DNA of 64,000 nucleotides from Octopus sinensis. Lineage: Eukaryota. The stretch lies in NCBI RefSeq assembly GCF_006345805.1, contig NC_043000.1, positions 154,876,001-154,940,000 on the forward strand, given 5' to 3'. The position numbers and the translations under genes are program-made. How positions within the stretch are numbered: the stretch's first letter is position 1; every line of letters starts with the position of its first letter. Shown piece after piece: positions 1 through 10,272 of the stretch. The notes below the pieces were generated by a model, which worked only from the letters and a program-made list of their open reading frames with translations, did not search any database and was not told the DNA's origin.

Positions 1-665
1 ATGACAGGAGAAGACCTGGCAACTCACAAAGTGAGATAACAGCCATGCATGTACAGCCCAATTAAAAGTACCCATGATGCATTGGGTGATATGATATGCT
101 TAAGAAGACCTGTTGAGTCAAGTAAAACCAATACTGTAGCTGTGGCCAGTGGCCCCTGACTGGCACTCAAGCTGGTGGCATGTAAAAAGCACCATCCGGA
201 TGTGGTCGATGCCAGATCTACCTGACTGGCTCCCTTGCTGGTAGCACTTAATAAGCACCATCCAAATGTGGCTGATGCCAGTACCCTCTAGCTGGCTCCC
301 TTGCCAGTGGCATGTAAAAAGTACGATCTGAATGTGGCCGATACCAGTATCTCCTGATTGGCTCCCATGCTGGTGGTATGTAAAAAGCACTATCCGAGCA
401 TGGCTGATGCCAGTACCTTCTGACTGGCCCCTGTGATCGATGCCAGGCCTGCCTGACTGGCTCCTGTGCTGGTGGTATGTAAAAAATACCCACTACACTC
501 TCAGAGTGGTTGGCGTTAGGAAGGGCGTCCAGCTGTCAAAACATTACCAGATCAGATTGGAGCCTGGTGTAGCTGCTGGCTCTCCACACCTCAGTCAAAC
601 CGTTCAACCCATGCCAGCATGGAAAATGGATGCTAGACGATGATGATAATGATGATGCTGATGAT
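1..665 (+). mobile_element. 3' end/3' UTR of an RTE-type LINE (or derived SINE) with an internal tandem array and (GAT)n tail
   Basis: Ends in AACCCATGCCAGCATGGAAAA...GATGATGATAATGATGAT. The same terminal segment recurs inverted at 1820-1956, 2878-3072 and 40545-40700. Short-tandem-repeat tails are typical of RTE-clade elements. Confidence 0.7.
141..480 (+). repeat. ~66-bp tandem array (about 5 units) inside the LINE 3' region
   Basis: Units start at 141, 201, 267, 333 and 399 (TGTGGC.GATGCCAG....CTGGCTCCC.TGC.GGTGG.ATGTAAAAAGCAC). Confidence 0.85.
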
Positions 666-714
666 ATATATATGCACACACACACTCACACACATATCCA
701 TGTGTGCATATTTA

Positions 715-747
<33 letters not shown>

Positions 748-1254
748 TCACTCACACATGTACATATATGTTTCTAGGCATTTGTTCTTTATTATATTTG
801 TCGCAATTATTGTATTACACGTATTTTCATATAAAAAAAATTACCTTAAATTTCTCCAGCAATTTACCTATTAGAGGGAATTACTTTCAAATTTCTGTTA
901 AAATGTCTTTACAATGAGCTATGCACTTTCTACAGACATTTGTATCATTCTTAATAGAATTTCTGTGATGGATGCCCACCAGTTTCACCATACGTAGAGA
1001 TTTATGATCAATGGTCGATAAAATGTATCTACACACCAAAGCTATATTCTGATCAAGTGCTGCTGAATTTCTTGCTGCCAGTCTCTTTCCCTTTACTGAC
1101 TTTATAAGCTTGTCATAGCAGATTATGACTTTGGCTTTCAAGTCATAAAGCATATATCATTTTTATAAAAGTGCAATTAAAAATAAGTCTTACTTCTATT
1201 CATAACTGCAATGAAGAGGTTAGTTTTGAGTTTTACTGTGCTACTCCTAGGTAT

Positions 1255-1465
1255 ACTCTTTACTCTTTTTACTCTTTTACTTGTTTCAGTCATTTGACTG
1301 CGGCCATGCTGTAGCACCGCCTTTAGTCGAGCAAATCAACCCCAGTACTTATTCTTTGTAAGCCTAGTACTTATTCTATCGGTCTCTTTTGCTGAACTGC
1401 TAAGTTACAGAGACATAATCACACCAGCATCAGTTGTCAAGCGATGTTGGTGGGGACAAACACCA

Positions 1466-1518
<53 letters not shown>

Positions 1519-1684
1519 TAAGACGAACTTCTTTTAGTTTCTGTCTACCAAATCCACTCACAAGGCTTTGGTCGGCCCGAGGCTATAGTAGAAGACACTT
1601 GCTCAAGGTGCCACGCAGTGGGACTGAACCCGGAACCATGTAGTTGGTAAGCAAGCTATTTATCACACAGCCACTCTTGCGCCT
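1255..1684 (-). mobile_element. SINE family A, full length, with internal (AT)n/(AC)n tract
   Basis: Reverse complement begins AGGCGCAAGAGTGGCTGTG (tRNA-like head) and ends in a (GAGTAAAA)n-like tail. Homologous to 15265-15627, 22833-23214, 33981-34403 and 49281-49713. Confidence 0.9.
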
Positions 1685-1819
1685 TTATTATTGTGTAATT
1701 TTTCCACAATAATCTTGGGCCAATCAATGCCTTGGGAATAGAACTGTTAAAAAAGAAACTGTATAGAAGATCATTATGTATATACACACACAGGCACACT
1801 CACACATACACATATACCA

Positions 1820-1956
1820 CCATCATCATTATCATTATTTAATGTCCACTTTCCATGTTGGCATGGGTTAGATGGTTTAACAGGATCTGGTGAGCTGCCA
1901 GACTCCCCAAGTTCCAGTGTCAGCTTTGGTATGGTTTCTACAGCTAGATGCCCTAC
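1820..1956 (-). mobile_element. RTE-type 3' tail fragment
   Basis: (CAT)n followed by TTCCATGTTGGCATGGGTTAGATGG, the reverse complement of the 520-665 tail. Confidence 0.7.
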
Positions 1957-2877
1957 AGCAGTTCAGGAGTAAAAGAGTGTGCAGACAGACAGACAGACAC
2001 ACAGGTGTGTATATATACATACATATGTGTATGTATGTATGTATCTCTTTTTCTCCATATTTTGCGAACCTTTACAAGGAAAAGATTAACAGTGAATTTG
2101 TACTTTTGGGTTGCTCCCCTTGTGGTGCACCTGAGCACTATATACAATAATTTCATTATTATTATTATTATCATTATTATTACACTATGCTTTATCTGGC
2201 TTCTTTTTGAATCCATATAGTCATTGGCAAGTTGTTTCTTTTTTAGGCAGATGGTGTTAGGTAGAATGATGATTAGGTGTCGTATAGGCGGAATCATGAT
2301 GTAGTTGTGTAGGAAGGTGGGAAAGAGGAGGATAGAAGGAAAGTATGTGTTTGTAAAGTGTGTCTTTTCAGAAAGTTATGGTGAGGAGATTTATTTTGGT
2401 TTGATGCAAGACTTTTGTTCTTATTTAGGTCACTCAGGTGTGGAAGTAAATGTGTAAACAGAAGTGTCAAATTCAAGTCATGATATCATTTGTACAGAAA
2501 TTTGGTTTTTGTTGTATTTTAGGGTTCACAAAAGAATGTTAGTAGATAAATCAGTTGGTCACACTGTAAAGATTAGACTAAGATTGAATTAGTGATTTTG
2601 GTGTTCATGGCACTATAGTTCTATTAAAAATTAAAACTGTATTTTGAAAAGGTTACAATTGAGGAGATTATGTCTTTATAAATAACTATTCAGCTTTCTA
2701 TTCTGTTTCTAGTATAACTATTTGTATTTACATTGTATTATTGCAGACGAATGGATACAACTAACTGTATGATGTTAGCTATATATTCAGATAGATGCAC
2801 AAAGAGAATACATTTTTCCATAAGTATATTCATCTGTAAGGTGATATATATGTATAAACAAAATATAAGTATAGCAA

Positions 2878-3072
2878 TCATCATCACCGTTTACCGCCCG
2901 CTTTCCATGCTGGCATGGGTTGGATGGTTTGATTGAGGACATGCAAGCCAGGAGGCTGCATCAGACTCCAATCTGATCTGGTAAGGTTTTTACAGCTGAA
3001 TGCCCTTCCTAACACCAACCACTCTGAGAGTGAAGTGGGTGCTTTTTACATACCACCGGCACAGGTGCTAGT
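2878..3072 (-). mobile_element. RTE-type 3' tail fragment
   Basis: CTTTCCATGCTGGCATGGGTTGG...CCCTTCCTAACACCAACCACTCTGAGAGT is the reverse complement of about 480-650. Confidence 0.8.
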
Positions 3073-3253
3073 CACAATGTGAATAAATAAGCATTGTACT
3101 TGACAGAATAATTTGAATACTAAAGGGTTAAGGATATAATATATATATATATATGTATCCTTAAGGTCATTTCATCATATTGAACCATTAATCCCAACAC
3201 ACTTTCTCTTTCACTTTTGTTTCATTCTCTCTCCGTTTTTTTCCCTCTCAATC

Positions 3254-3289
3254 CTTTCTGATGAAGAGCGTAGGCATGAAACATCAAAG
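3254..3289 (+). ncRNA. Minimalist hammerhead-like motif (Penelope-type), stem II partly decayed
   Basis: CUUU-CUGAUGA-A-GAGC(GUAG)GCAU-GAAA-CA-UC-AAAG. Lies in a ~150-bp repeat (3225-3378) also present at 52810-52958. Confidence 0.5.
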
Positions 3290-3374
3290 ACTTTTCCGTT
3301 CTTCTCAAGATTTTACTAATACAGTCGCTTGTTGTTCCTTCATCTGTCTTCGTCTTTTGTTTTCTGTAAATTTG

Positions 3375-3416
<42 letters not shown>

Positions 3417-4604
3417 CCGTATTTTAATGTGTATAAGGAACCCCCTAATTTTTGGGGCTTAAAATTTGAAAAGAAGGTTTTGTAAGGGATTAGGTAAATT
3501 TTGATAAGTGCACCTGCACTTACCGGGTTATGCATTTCATTTTTGCGTGGGGAGAGAGAGAGAGATGAGAGACTATGGATATAGTAAGAAAGAAAGGGTC
3601 TTCTATGAAAGAGAGGAGTAACATAAATGAAATAAAAACTATTTTAAATGATACTAATGAGATGTTTTTCATCTCTGTTTGTCTGTCTCTCTCTCTCTCT
3701 CTCTTTCATGCACACAAACAAATGCTTGGTACTGTGGAAGAGAAGACAAATGTTTCTTCTTCTTAAACATACAAGATATAGTATGTAAATTAAGGTTGTT
3801 TTTAAAAGATACAATATTTTCCAATTAGAATATATTTCTTTTCTCACACAACATTTAAGATATAGTTATTTTAAATCGATTCTTTGAAAAACTGATTCTC
3901 TAAATCTCGATTAGAGTTTCAGGCGGGAAAACTTGCAAAGGAAAAAATGATTTTTAAAATTTTTATCTAAAACACTTGATATCAGTTGAATCTATTCTGC
4001 AATCCGGAATTAATTTTCCCAGTGATTTTAAGAGGTATGAAAAAGTTATTTTGTTTTATTATTCTTTTACACAAAAATTCTCCAGAGGATATGTTCTTGT
4101 CATTACCAATAATTTCTATAACTTTAGCATTTTCACTTCTTTTCAAAGTTGTTTGAATTTTCAGTCTTATATAATCCATACTTTCGAAAACGTATTTCTC
4201 TAAAATGTTGGGGTGGCAGTAAAATTTCCAAGTTTTCCACCTCACCCCAACCTCCGTTTTCTGGACAAAAAAATGCTTTATGGCATATTAGGCAGTCACT
4301 ATAATTCATTCAAGGAAAAAAAAGTTCCAATGATTCCGAGATGGTGGGGGGTTCTGATTTTCTACCCCATATTTTTCCGACCAAAATTAAAGGGATTGCG
4401 GCTCATTAGGCGGTCAGGGTACTTGATTCCATGCAAAAAATCCGAGGTGTTTTTTTTTTTTAGTGAAATGTGTGTTGGTGCACTTATGAAAATCTACCGT
4501 GTATACCCTTAAGAAGAATATACATGTATATCTATGTATGGATTTGCATATATATATACATCTATGAGTAGACATGCATGTATATACGTATATGTACATG
4601 TATA

Positions 4605-4864
4605 TAAAATAATAAATGAGCCCTTTTAAAGCCTAGCCAGGCTCAGGGGCCCGGTTTTCCGGTTTCTATGGCGTATGTGTTCCCCAGCTGAACGGAACCC
4701 CAGTCCATCGCAGCGTTACTCATTTTTGCCAGCTGAGTGGACTGGAAAAACGTGAAATGAAGTGTTTTGCTCAAGAACACAACGCGTCGCGCGGTCCAGG
4801 AATCGAAACCACAATCTTACGATCATGATGCCGACACTGTAACCACTAAGTCACGCGCCTCCAC
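4605..4864 (-). mobile_element. SINE family E (tRNA-like head GTGGAGGCGC...)
   Basis: Closely matches 8384-8647. Pol III A/B-box-like head at the right end, central CCACTCAGCTGGCAAAAATGAGTA, and an AT-rich tail. Confidence 0.9.
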
Positions 4865-5211
4865 TCATGTATAAGATTACAGGGTTAGATGATTGTGAGG
4901 GGGTTATTCTTAATTTTTTTGTTATCTTTCTTGCTACGTATGCTTTAATATGCTCACATACACATGCACACCACACACACACACGCGCATGTATCTGTGA
5001 GAGTGTATAGTTGGAGGTACAGCTGTGTATGAGCTTAAATGTGGATGTATGGCTCTGTGTACCTGTGTGTGCTTACACACCCACATATGTTTGTGCATGT
5101 GTATCTATGTGTATGCATGAGTGTCTATCTATCTATCTATCTATCTGTCTGTTTATCTATCTGTCTGTCTGTCTGTCTATCTATTTATCTATCTATCTGC
5201 CCCATTTCTCG

Positions 5212-5250
<39 letters not shown>

Positions 5251-6695
5251 CACCCAGAACCACGCTAATAGGTTAGGAGTGAAATCTAGGATTTCTAGGT
5301 TTTCTATGAATCGATTTTGATAAAACTTTTCCCAGCTGGTTTGCACACTATGGCAACACCATCATTATATTTTCATTATTCCATGTAACGTTCTTTCCTT
5401 TTTATTTCAGTTTCTTCAGTATTTGGGTGAACCACGCTAATAGCTTTTGAATGGAAATAAACCATCTTGATATTTTTTTCAGAAATTTAAGTGTAATGAT
5501 ACATATTAAACATACATTGAGAATATATTTAACAGAAAACCATAATAATATTATAACATTTATTGACATAATGAATTGTTTAGTCAAAGAAGAAACGATC
5601 GCATTGTGGCCACAAGTTACGTGGGAAACCTGGACAAACAAGCAAAACCATTTTCATTGCCTCCGGACTTACTCATGTACCGAAAACCACCAGGAATCGC
5701 AATCTCGAGACCATGGCTTCCGTGCAAGTACCCTTGAAACTGCTTCCTCCTTCCTTCTCGAGCCACGCCTGGCCCATAAGGGCTGGTTTCCCGGTTTCCT
5801 TGGCGTATAGGTTCCTCACCTGGACGGGACGCCGGTCCGTCGCAGGTGAGCTGCAAGATACAGGAGGAAAGACTGAGAGAAAGTTGTGGCGAAAGAGTCA
5901 GCAGAAGTTCGCCATTACCTTCCGCCGGAGCCGTGTGGAGCTTAGGTGTTTCGCTTATAAACACACACATCGCCCGGTCTGAGATTCGAAGCCCCAATCC
6001 CGCAATCGCGAATCCGCTGCTCTAACCACTAGGCCATGTGCCTCCACGAAACTGCTTTCTCACAAGAGTTTGAAGCTTCAATGGGCTCAAAAGTACATGA
6101 CGTTAGACACGAGTTGTGTTCTATTCACTGACGAAACCAGGCCAATCCTTGGCGAACCTGGTGGTTGGGCAAATGGTTGGGTCTATTCTGGAGATGAGCA
6201 TCACCAACATTTACGACGTCAACAACAGGGTGGAGGAGTCATGTGGGCTGGTATAATTGGGGACAGATTTGTTGGCCCAATCAGGGTGCCTGAAATGGTT
6301 AAAGTGACCACAGCCGCCTGCTACAATCTCCCGAAGAAGGACTTGGATCCCTGGCTAGATGACATACTGCTGTTACTTCTAAAGAATCTCATATTCATGC
6401 ATGACAACGCTCCCTCCCACTCTGCTAGGACCACCCAAACATTCCTAGGGTCTTATGACATACAAGGTGAAAGGTTGGTGGTGTGACCGCTAGCATTTCC
6501 GGATCTCAACTGTATCGAAAATCTTTGGTCCATCATTAAACAAGATGCTTATGCCGGCCGAAAGATGACTTATGGGCAACCATCAAAGCTGCAGCAGAGG
6601 CAATCCAGCCTGTTACTTTTAAGAAATTGACAGATTCCATGACTAATAGGGTTTCTGAAGCTTTCCGTCATAATCGCGCACATGTGGCTAAATAG
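5251..6695 (+). mobile_element. Decayed Tc1-like transposon with DD37E transposase (TRT-like), interrupted by a SINE
   Basis: Translated pieces: TSKTIFIASGLTHVPKTTRNR (~5637-5700); KLQWAQKYM..VLFTDETR..GGGVMWAGIIG..FMHDNAPSH..LVV*PLAFPDLNCIENLWSIIK (6070-6540); KDDLWATIK..HVAK* ending 6695. 37 codons lie between the second D and the E. Putative left end TA|CACCC at 5251. Confidence 0.85.
5746..6047 (-). mobile_element. SINE (E-like head and tail, different middle) inserted into the transposase gene
   Basis: 10-bp TSD GAAACTGCTT at 5736-5745 and 6048-6057; tRNA-like head ends at 6047. Confidence 0.9.
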
Positions 6696-7994
6696 TACAC
6701 TATGTCAATAAATGGGAGTGGCACTTCTTCACACATCTCTCCTCATCCATCCGTAGTACATGACCATACCAGCGCAAACGTTTCTCTTGCATGCCACATC
6801 CGACGCTTCTTATGTCCAACATTTCTCTCAGGGTACTTACACTCTGTTGTGTGTGCACACTGACATTACACACCCAGTGGATCATGCTAGCTTCATTTCT
6901 TTTGAGCCTACGCATGTCCTCAGCAGTCACGGCTCATGTTTCACTGCCGTGAAGCATGGCAATTCGCACACATGCATCGTAAAATCTACCTTTCACTCTG
7001 AGCGAGAGGCCCTTTGTCACCAGTAGGGGTAGAAGCTTTCTAAACTTTGCCCAGGCTATTCTTGCTCTAGTGGTAATACTTTCTGAGTATCCATCCCCAA
7101 TACTACCTAGGTAGCGGAAGCTATCAACTACTTCTAGTTTCTCTCCCTGGAGTGTGATGGAATCTGTTTTCTGAGCATCTGTGGTGTTTATTGCCCCTGT
7201 GCATCTGCCGCACACGAAAGCTATCTTCGCGATTAATCTTCCTTTGATGTTGCTGCACTTCTTATGTGTCCATAGCTTACACTGGGTACATCTTATAGAG
7301 TTTCTACCTACACCTTTTCTACAGATCGAGCAGGGCCACGTACCTGGATGTGTGTGTGATGAATTCCTCTGTCATTGCCTGGAGGATTATGATGAATAAA
7401 AGGGGGCTGAGGGCTGAACTTTGGTGTACCCCTACTTCTACCCGGAATTCTTCACTATACTCATTACCAATCCTAACCTTACTAACGGCCTCTCTGTATA
7501 GGGCCTGCACAGCCCTTATTAAACATTCATCAATCCCCAGTTTCCGCATCGCCCACCAGATCGGGGGCCCTGTCAAAGGCTTTCTTCAAGTCCACAAAAG
7601 CTAAGTATAGGAGTTTATCTTTAGCTAGGTATTTCTCCTGCAGTTGTCGAACCAGGAATATGGCATCAGTGGTGCTTCTACTCGGCACAAAACCGAACTG
7701 CATCTCATCTAAGCAGACTCTTTCCCGAATGAGATGGGCTATGACCCTCTCCGTGACCTTCATCACCTGACCCAGCAGTTTGATACCCCTGTAGTTATTT
7801 CTATCTAGAGCATCACCTTTACCCTTGTAGCAGTTGACTATGGAGCTGCTACGCCAGTCATTCGGTATGACTTCATCATGAACTACCTGGTTTACAATGC
7901 GGGTGACTAGGCCATAGCCCATACCATCAAATGTTTTAAGCATCTCAGCAGTGATTGCTGATGGGCCGGGGGCTTTTCCTGGTTTCATACCCTT
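6696..7994 (-). mobile_element. RTE-clade LINE reverse transcriptase fragment (pseudogenised, YADD region deleted)
   Basis: KPGKAPGP..YKGKGDALDRNNYRGIKLL..QFGFVPSRSTTDAIF..AFVDLKKAFDR; GVHQSSALSPLLF; VDSFRYLG; AMLHGSET; RLRWYGHVLRM, split by frameshifts. Confidence 0.93.
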
Positions 7995-8383
7995 ATATAT
8001 ATATATTGTATCATTAGGCTGTAGCTGGCATAATAAAATAAAAGTTCTTATATGCATATTCAAAAACGTTTCCCATGAACGAACTTAAAAGGATGTATAT
8101 ATATATAAATGCCTTTATATACACACATATACATTTGTGTATATATATTTTCCTATTGGCACACACACATACACGCATATAAACATATAAATCTCTAAAT
8201 ACATACATGTGTGTGTGTGCGCGCGCGTGTAACAGTGATGTCCAAAAGATAAATGTTTTACTTGATTTAAAGTAAATGAATGCCAAATAATGTATTTTTA
8301 TTGTACGTCATGTATTTCGAATTTTTTCAGGGCAGTTACTATAATCTTGTAAAATATTGATTAACCTAAGATATTTAAGCATA

Positions 8384-8647
8384 TAAAAAATAAATAAATG
8401 CGCCCTTTTTAAAGCCCAGCCAAGCTCATGGGCCCGGTTTCCCGGTTTCAGTGGCGTATGTGTTCCCCAGCTGGACGGGACGCCAGTCCATCTCAGCGTT
8501 ACTCATTTTTGCCAGCTGAGTGGACTGGAGCAACGTGAAATGAAGTGTTTTGCTCAAGAACACAACGCGTCGCCCGGTCCAGGAATCGAAACCACAATCT
8601 GACGATCATGATGCTGACACCCTAGCCACTAAGCCACACGCCTCCAC
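8384..8647 (-). mobile_element. SINE family E
   Basis: 11-bp TSD ATTTAAGCATA at 8373-8383 and 8648-8658; homologous to 4605-4864. Confidence 0.92.
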
Positions 8648-9715
8648 ATTTAAGCATAGAGTTACATCTAAAGTAAGTAATTTCAAAAGAATATTGGTTT
8701 AAGTAAGATTAATATTTATGTCAGTGATAATAATTTTCAAGTTGTCGATCTTTCGAAATCTGTACATATAATATGGCGGACAAAAGGAATCAAGCTGAAT
8801 CTATTTCAAAGGAAAGACAAGCAAATAATCGAGAATGATTGGTAAACATCGTCAAAAAGTAGAAAATAAAGGCACTAGACATAAAATTTAGTTGAATTAT
8901 TGTAATGTTTAACGTTTTTATTTTTGATAATTTACCTGAAGATTTTTACAGGTGACCATATGTAGGAAAAAAATCTACCAAATCAACTTTTGTCTACAAC
9001 AATTAGCATGCATGCAGGTATGTGAGCGAGCAGAGAGAGAGAGAGAGAGAGAGAGAGAGCTATACTGACTGCGGACATGCGCGCATTCACAATTAATGAC
9101 TTTCTTTCAATTGCAATCGGGCCACCGTATTACCCTTTCTTTGCCATATATGTACAATGCACAAAAGACTGCCCTCAAGTTTACTGGGCTGTAAAACATA
9201 TCCCATAAAACATGCCATCTTAACGTAAGGAGTTTTGAACCGGACAAAAAAAAAATATTCAAGCGATATACTGCAATAAAGAATTTATTCGTTTTACATA
9301 AATCTTTAAATTTAGCTGATTAACAATTGATTTAATTACTGGAAAATGATATATTTAATGTCCGCTGCTAAATATGATTGTATTTTATTTTTGTATAAAC
9401 TGTTTGCGAGATATGTTAAAAAACGTAATTTAGAATTTAGATATAGTACGATATTATGTGTGAATCCATTTGAAATTTGATGAAACATGATCGACAAGAG
9501 ATAAACGTAGTTTTTTTTTTAAGATTAAAATGATTAATAATGTATTTAACTTATCCAGTACTTTTTAACGAATATTATCACAGTTTTCATATCAAATTAA
9601 ATACTCAAGAATATAAAGCGATTTTTAAGGCAAATGTTGTTTCCATTGATTATTAATTTTATAGCAATACTGAAATATTAAGCAGTAAATTGAAATGATG
9701 AGAAATAATGATTCA

Positions 9716-9722
9716 CTCTTAC
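9716..9722 (-). other. 5' splice donor ending the Shaw/Kv3 exon (phase 0)
   Basis: Minus strand reads GCA AAG|GTAAGAG, and channel similarity stops exactly at ..YSSTSAK. Confidence 0.9.
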
Positions 9723-10232
9723 CTTTGCAGATGTAGAAGAATAGGGCTCGTCAAAGAGAGCCCAAATCTTGGGTTGAACTCTTTGCCAACAATTGAGGTC
9801 TCCAGCCTTATACCTGTCCTCCAATCCGAATTTCTTCATAATGTCCTCTTCTGTAGGTTTATCTGTATCCAGGTCTAAACGGTCTAAAATAGTAAGTACG
9901 TCTTGTGTGTCTCTATGCTGTGTATAGGTCATCCAACAGCAGGGCTCGACTTGATTCGAGTCGAGCCCCCAAAATTCCAATTCCTCTTCAAACAAAGGTC
10001 CACATACGTCAGTTGGATAATGTAGTTTTCCAGTACGGTAATAATTGAGGATTTGGGCGAAGACACCAGGATGCCTATCGAAAAAGTATTCATTAAGTAC
10101 AGGATCATAGTTAGCTAAAGCTTCTGTAAGACGTGACAAGCGAGTGGCAGGGATTTTTTTAAGTGTCGCTTTGTATGTCTCGTGGCGAATGCCCCCGACA
10201 TTGAGTATAACTCTATTGTCAGAATCAGACAT
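9723..10232 (-). CDS. Shaw: Shaw/Kv3 (KCNC-family) voltage-gated potassium channel, N-terminal T1 domain exon (partial gene, 170 codons)
   Basis: [111 protein letters not shown]. Contains the HX5CX20CC zinc motif of non-Shaker T1 domains and closely resembles invertebrate Shaw as recalled. The ORF-track start at 10250 is TTG; the first ATG is at 10232. Confidence 0.96.
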
Positions 10233-10255
10233 ATTGAATGAATATATCAAAATAC

Positions 10256-10272
10256 CTAAAGAAGGCGCATTT
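10256..10272 (-). other. Putative 3' splice acceptor upstream of the Shaw ATG
   Basis: Minus strand AAATGCGCCTTCTTTAG|GTATTTTG; the exon would start at 10255, 23 nt before the ATG. Confidence 0.6.

Noticed and set aside
141-480. Regularly spaced repeats resembling a CRISPR array
   Set aside because: Eukaryotic context; units are tandem and degenerate with no unique spacers, and no cas genes are present.
1-9715. Search for downstream Shaw exons (S1-S6)
   Set aside because: No transmembrane or pore (TxGYG) coding segment was found on the minus strand; they must lie beyond the window.
9678-9722. ORF-track extension [14 protein letters not shown] after ..STSAK
   Set aside because: Intron read-through past the GTAAGA donor; no channel similarity.
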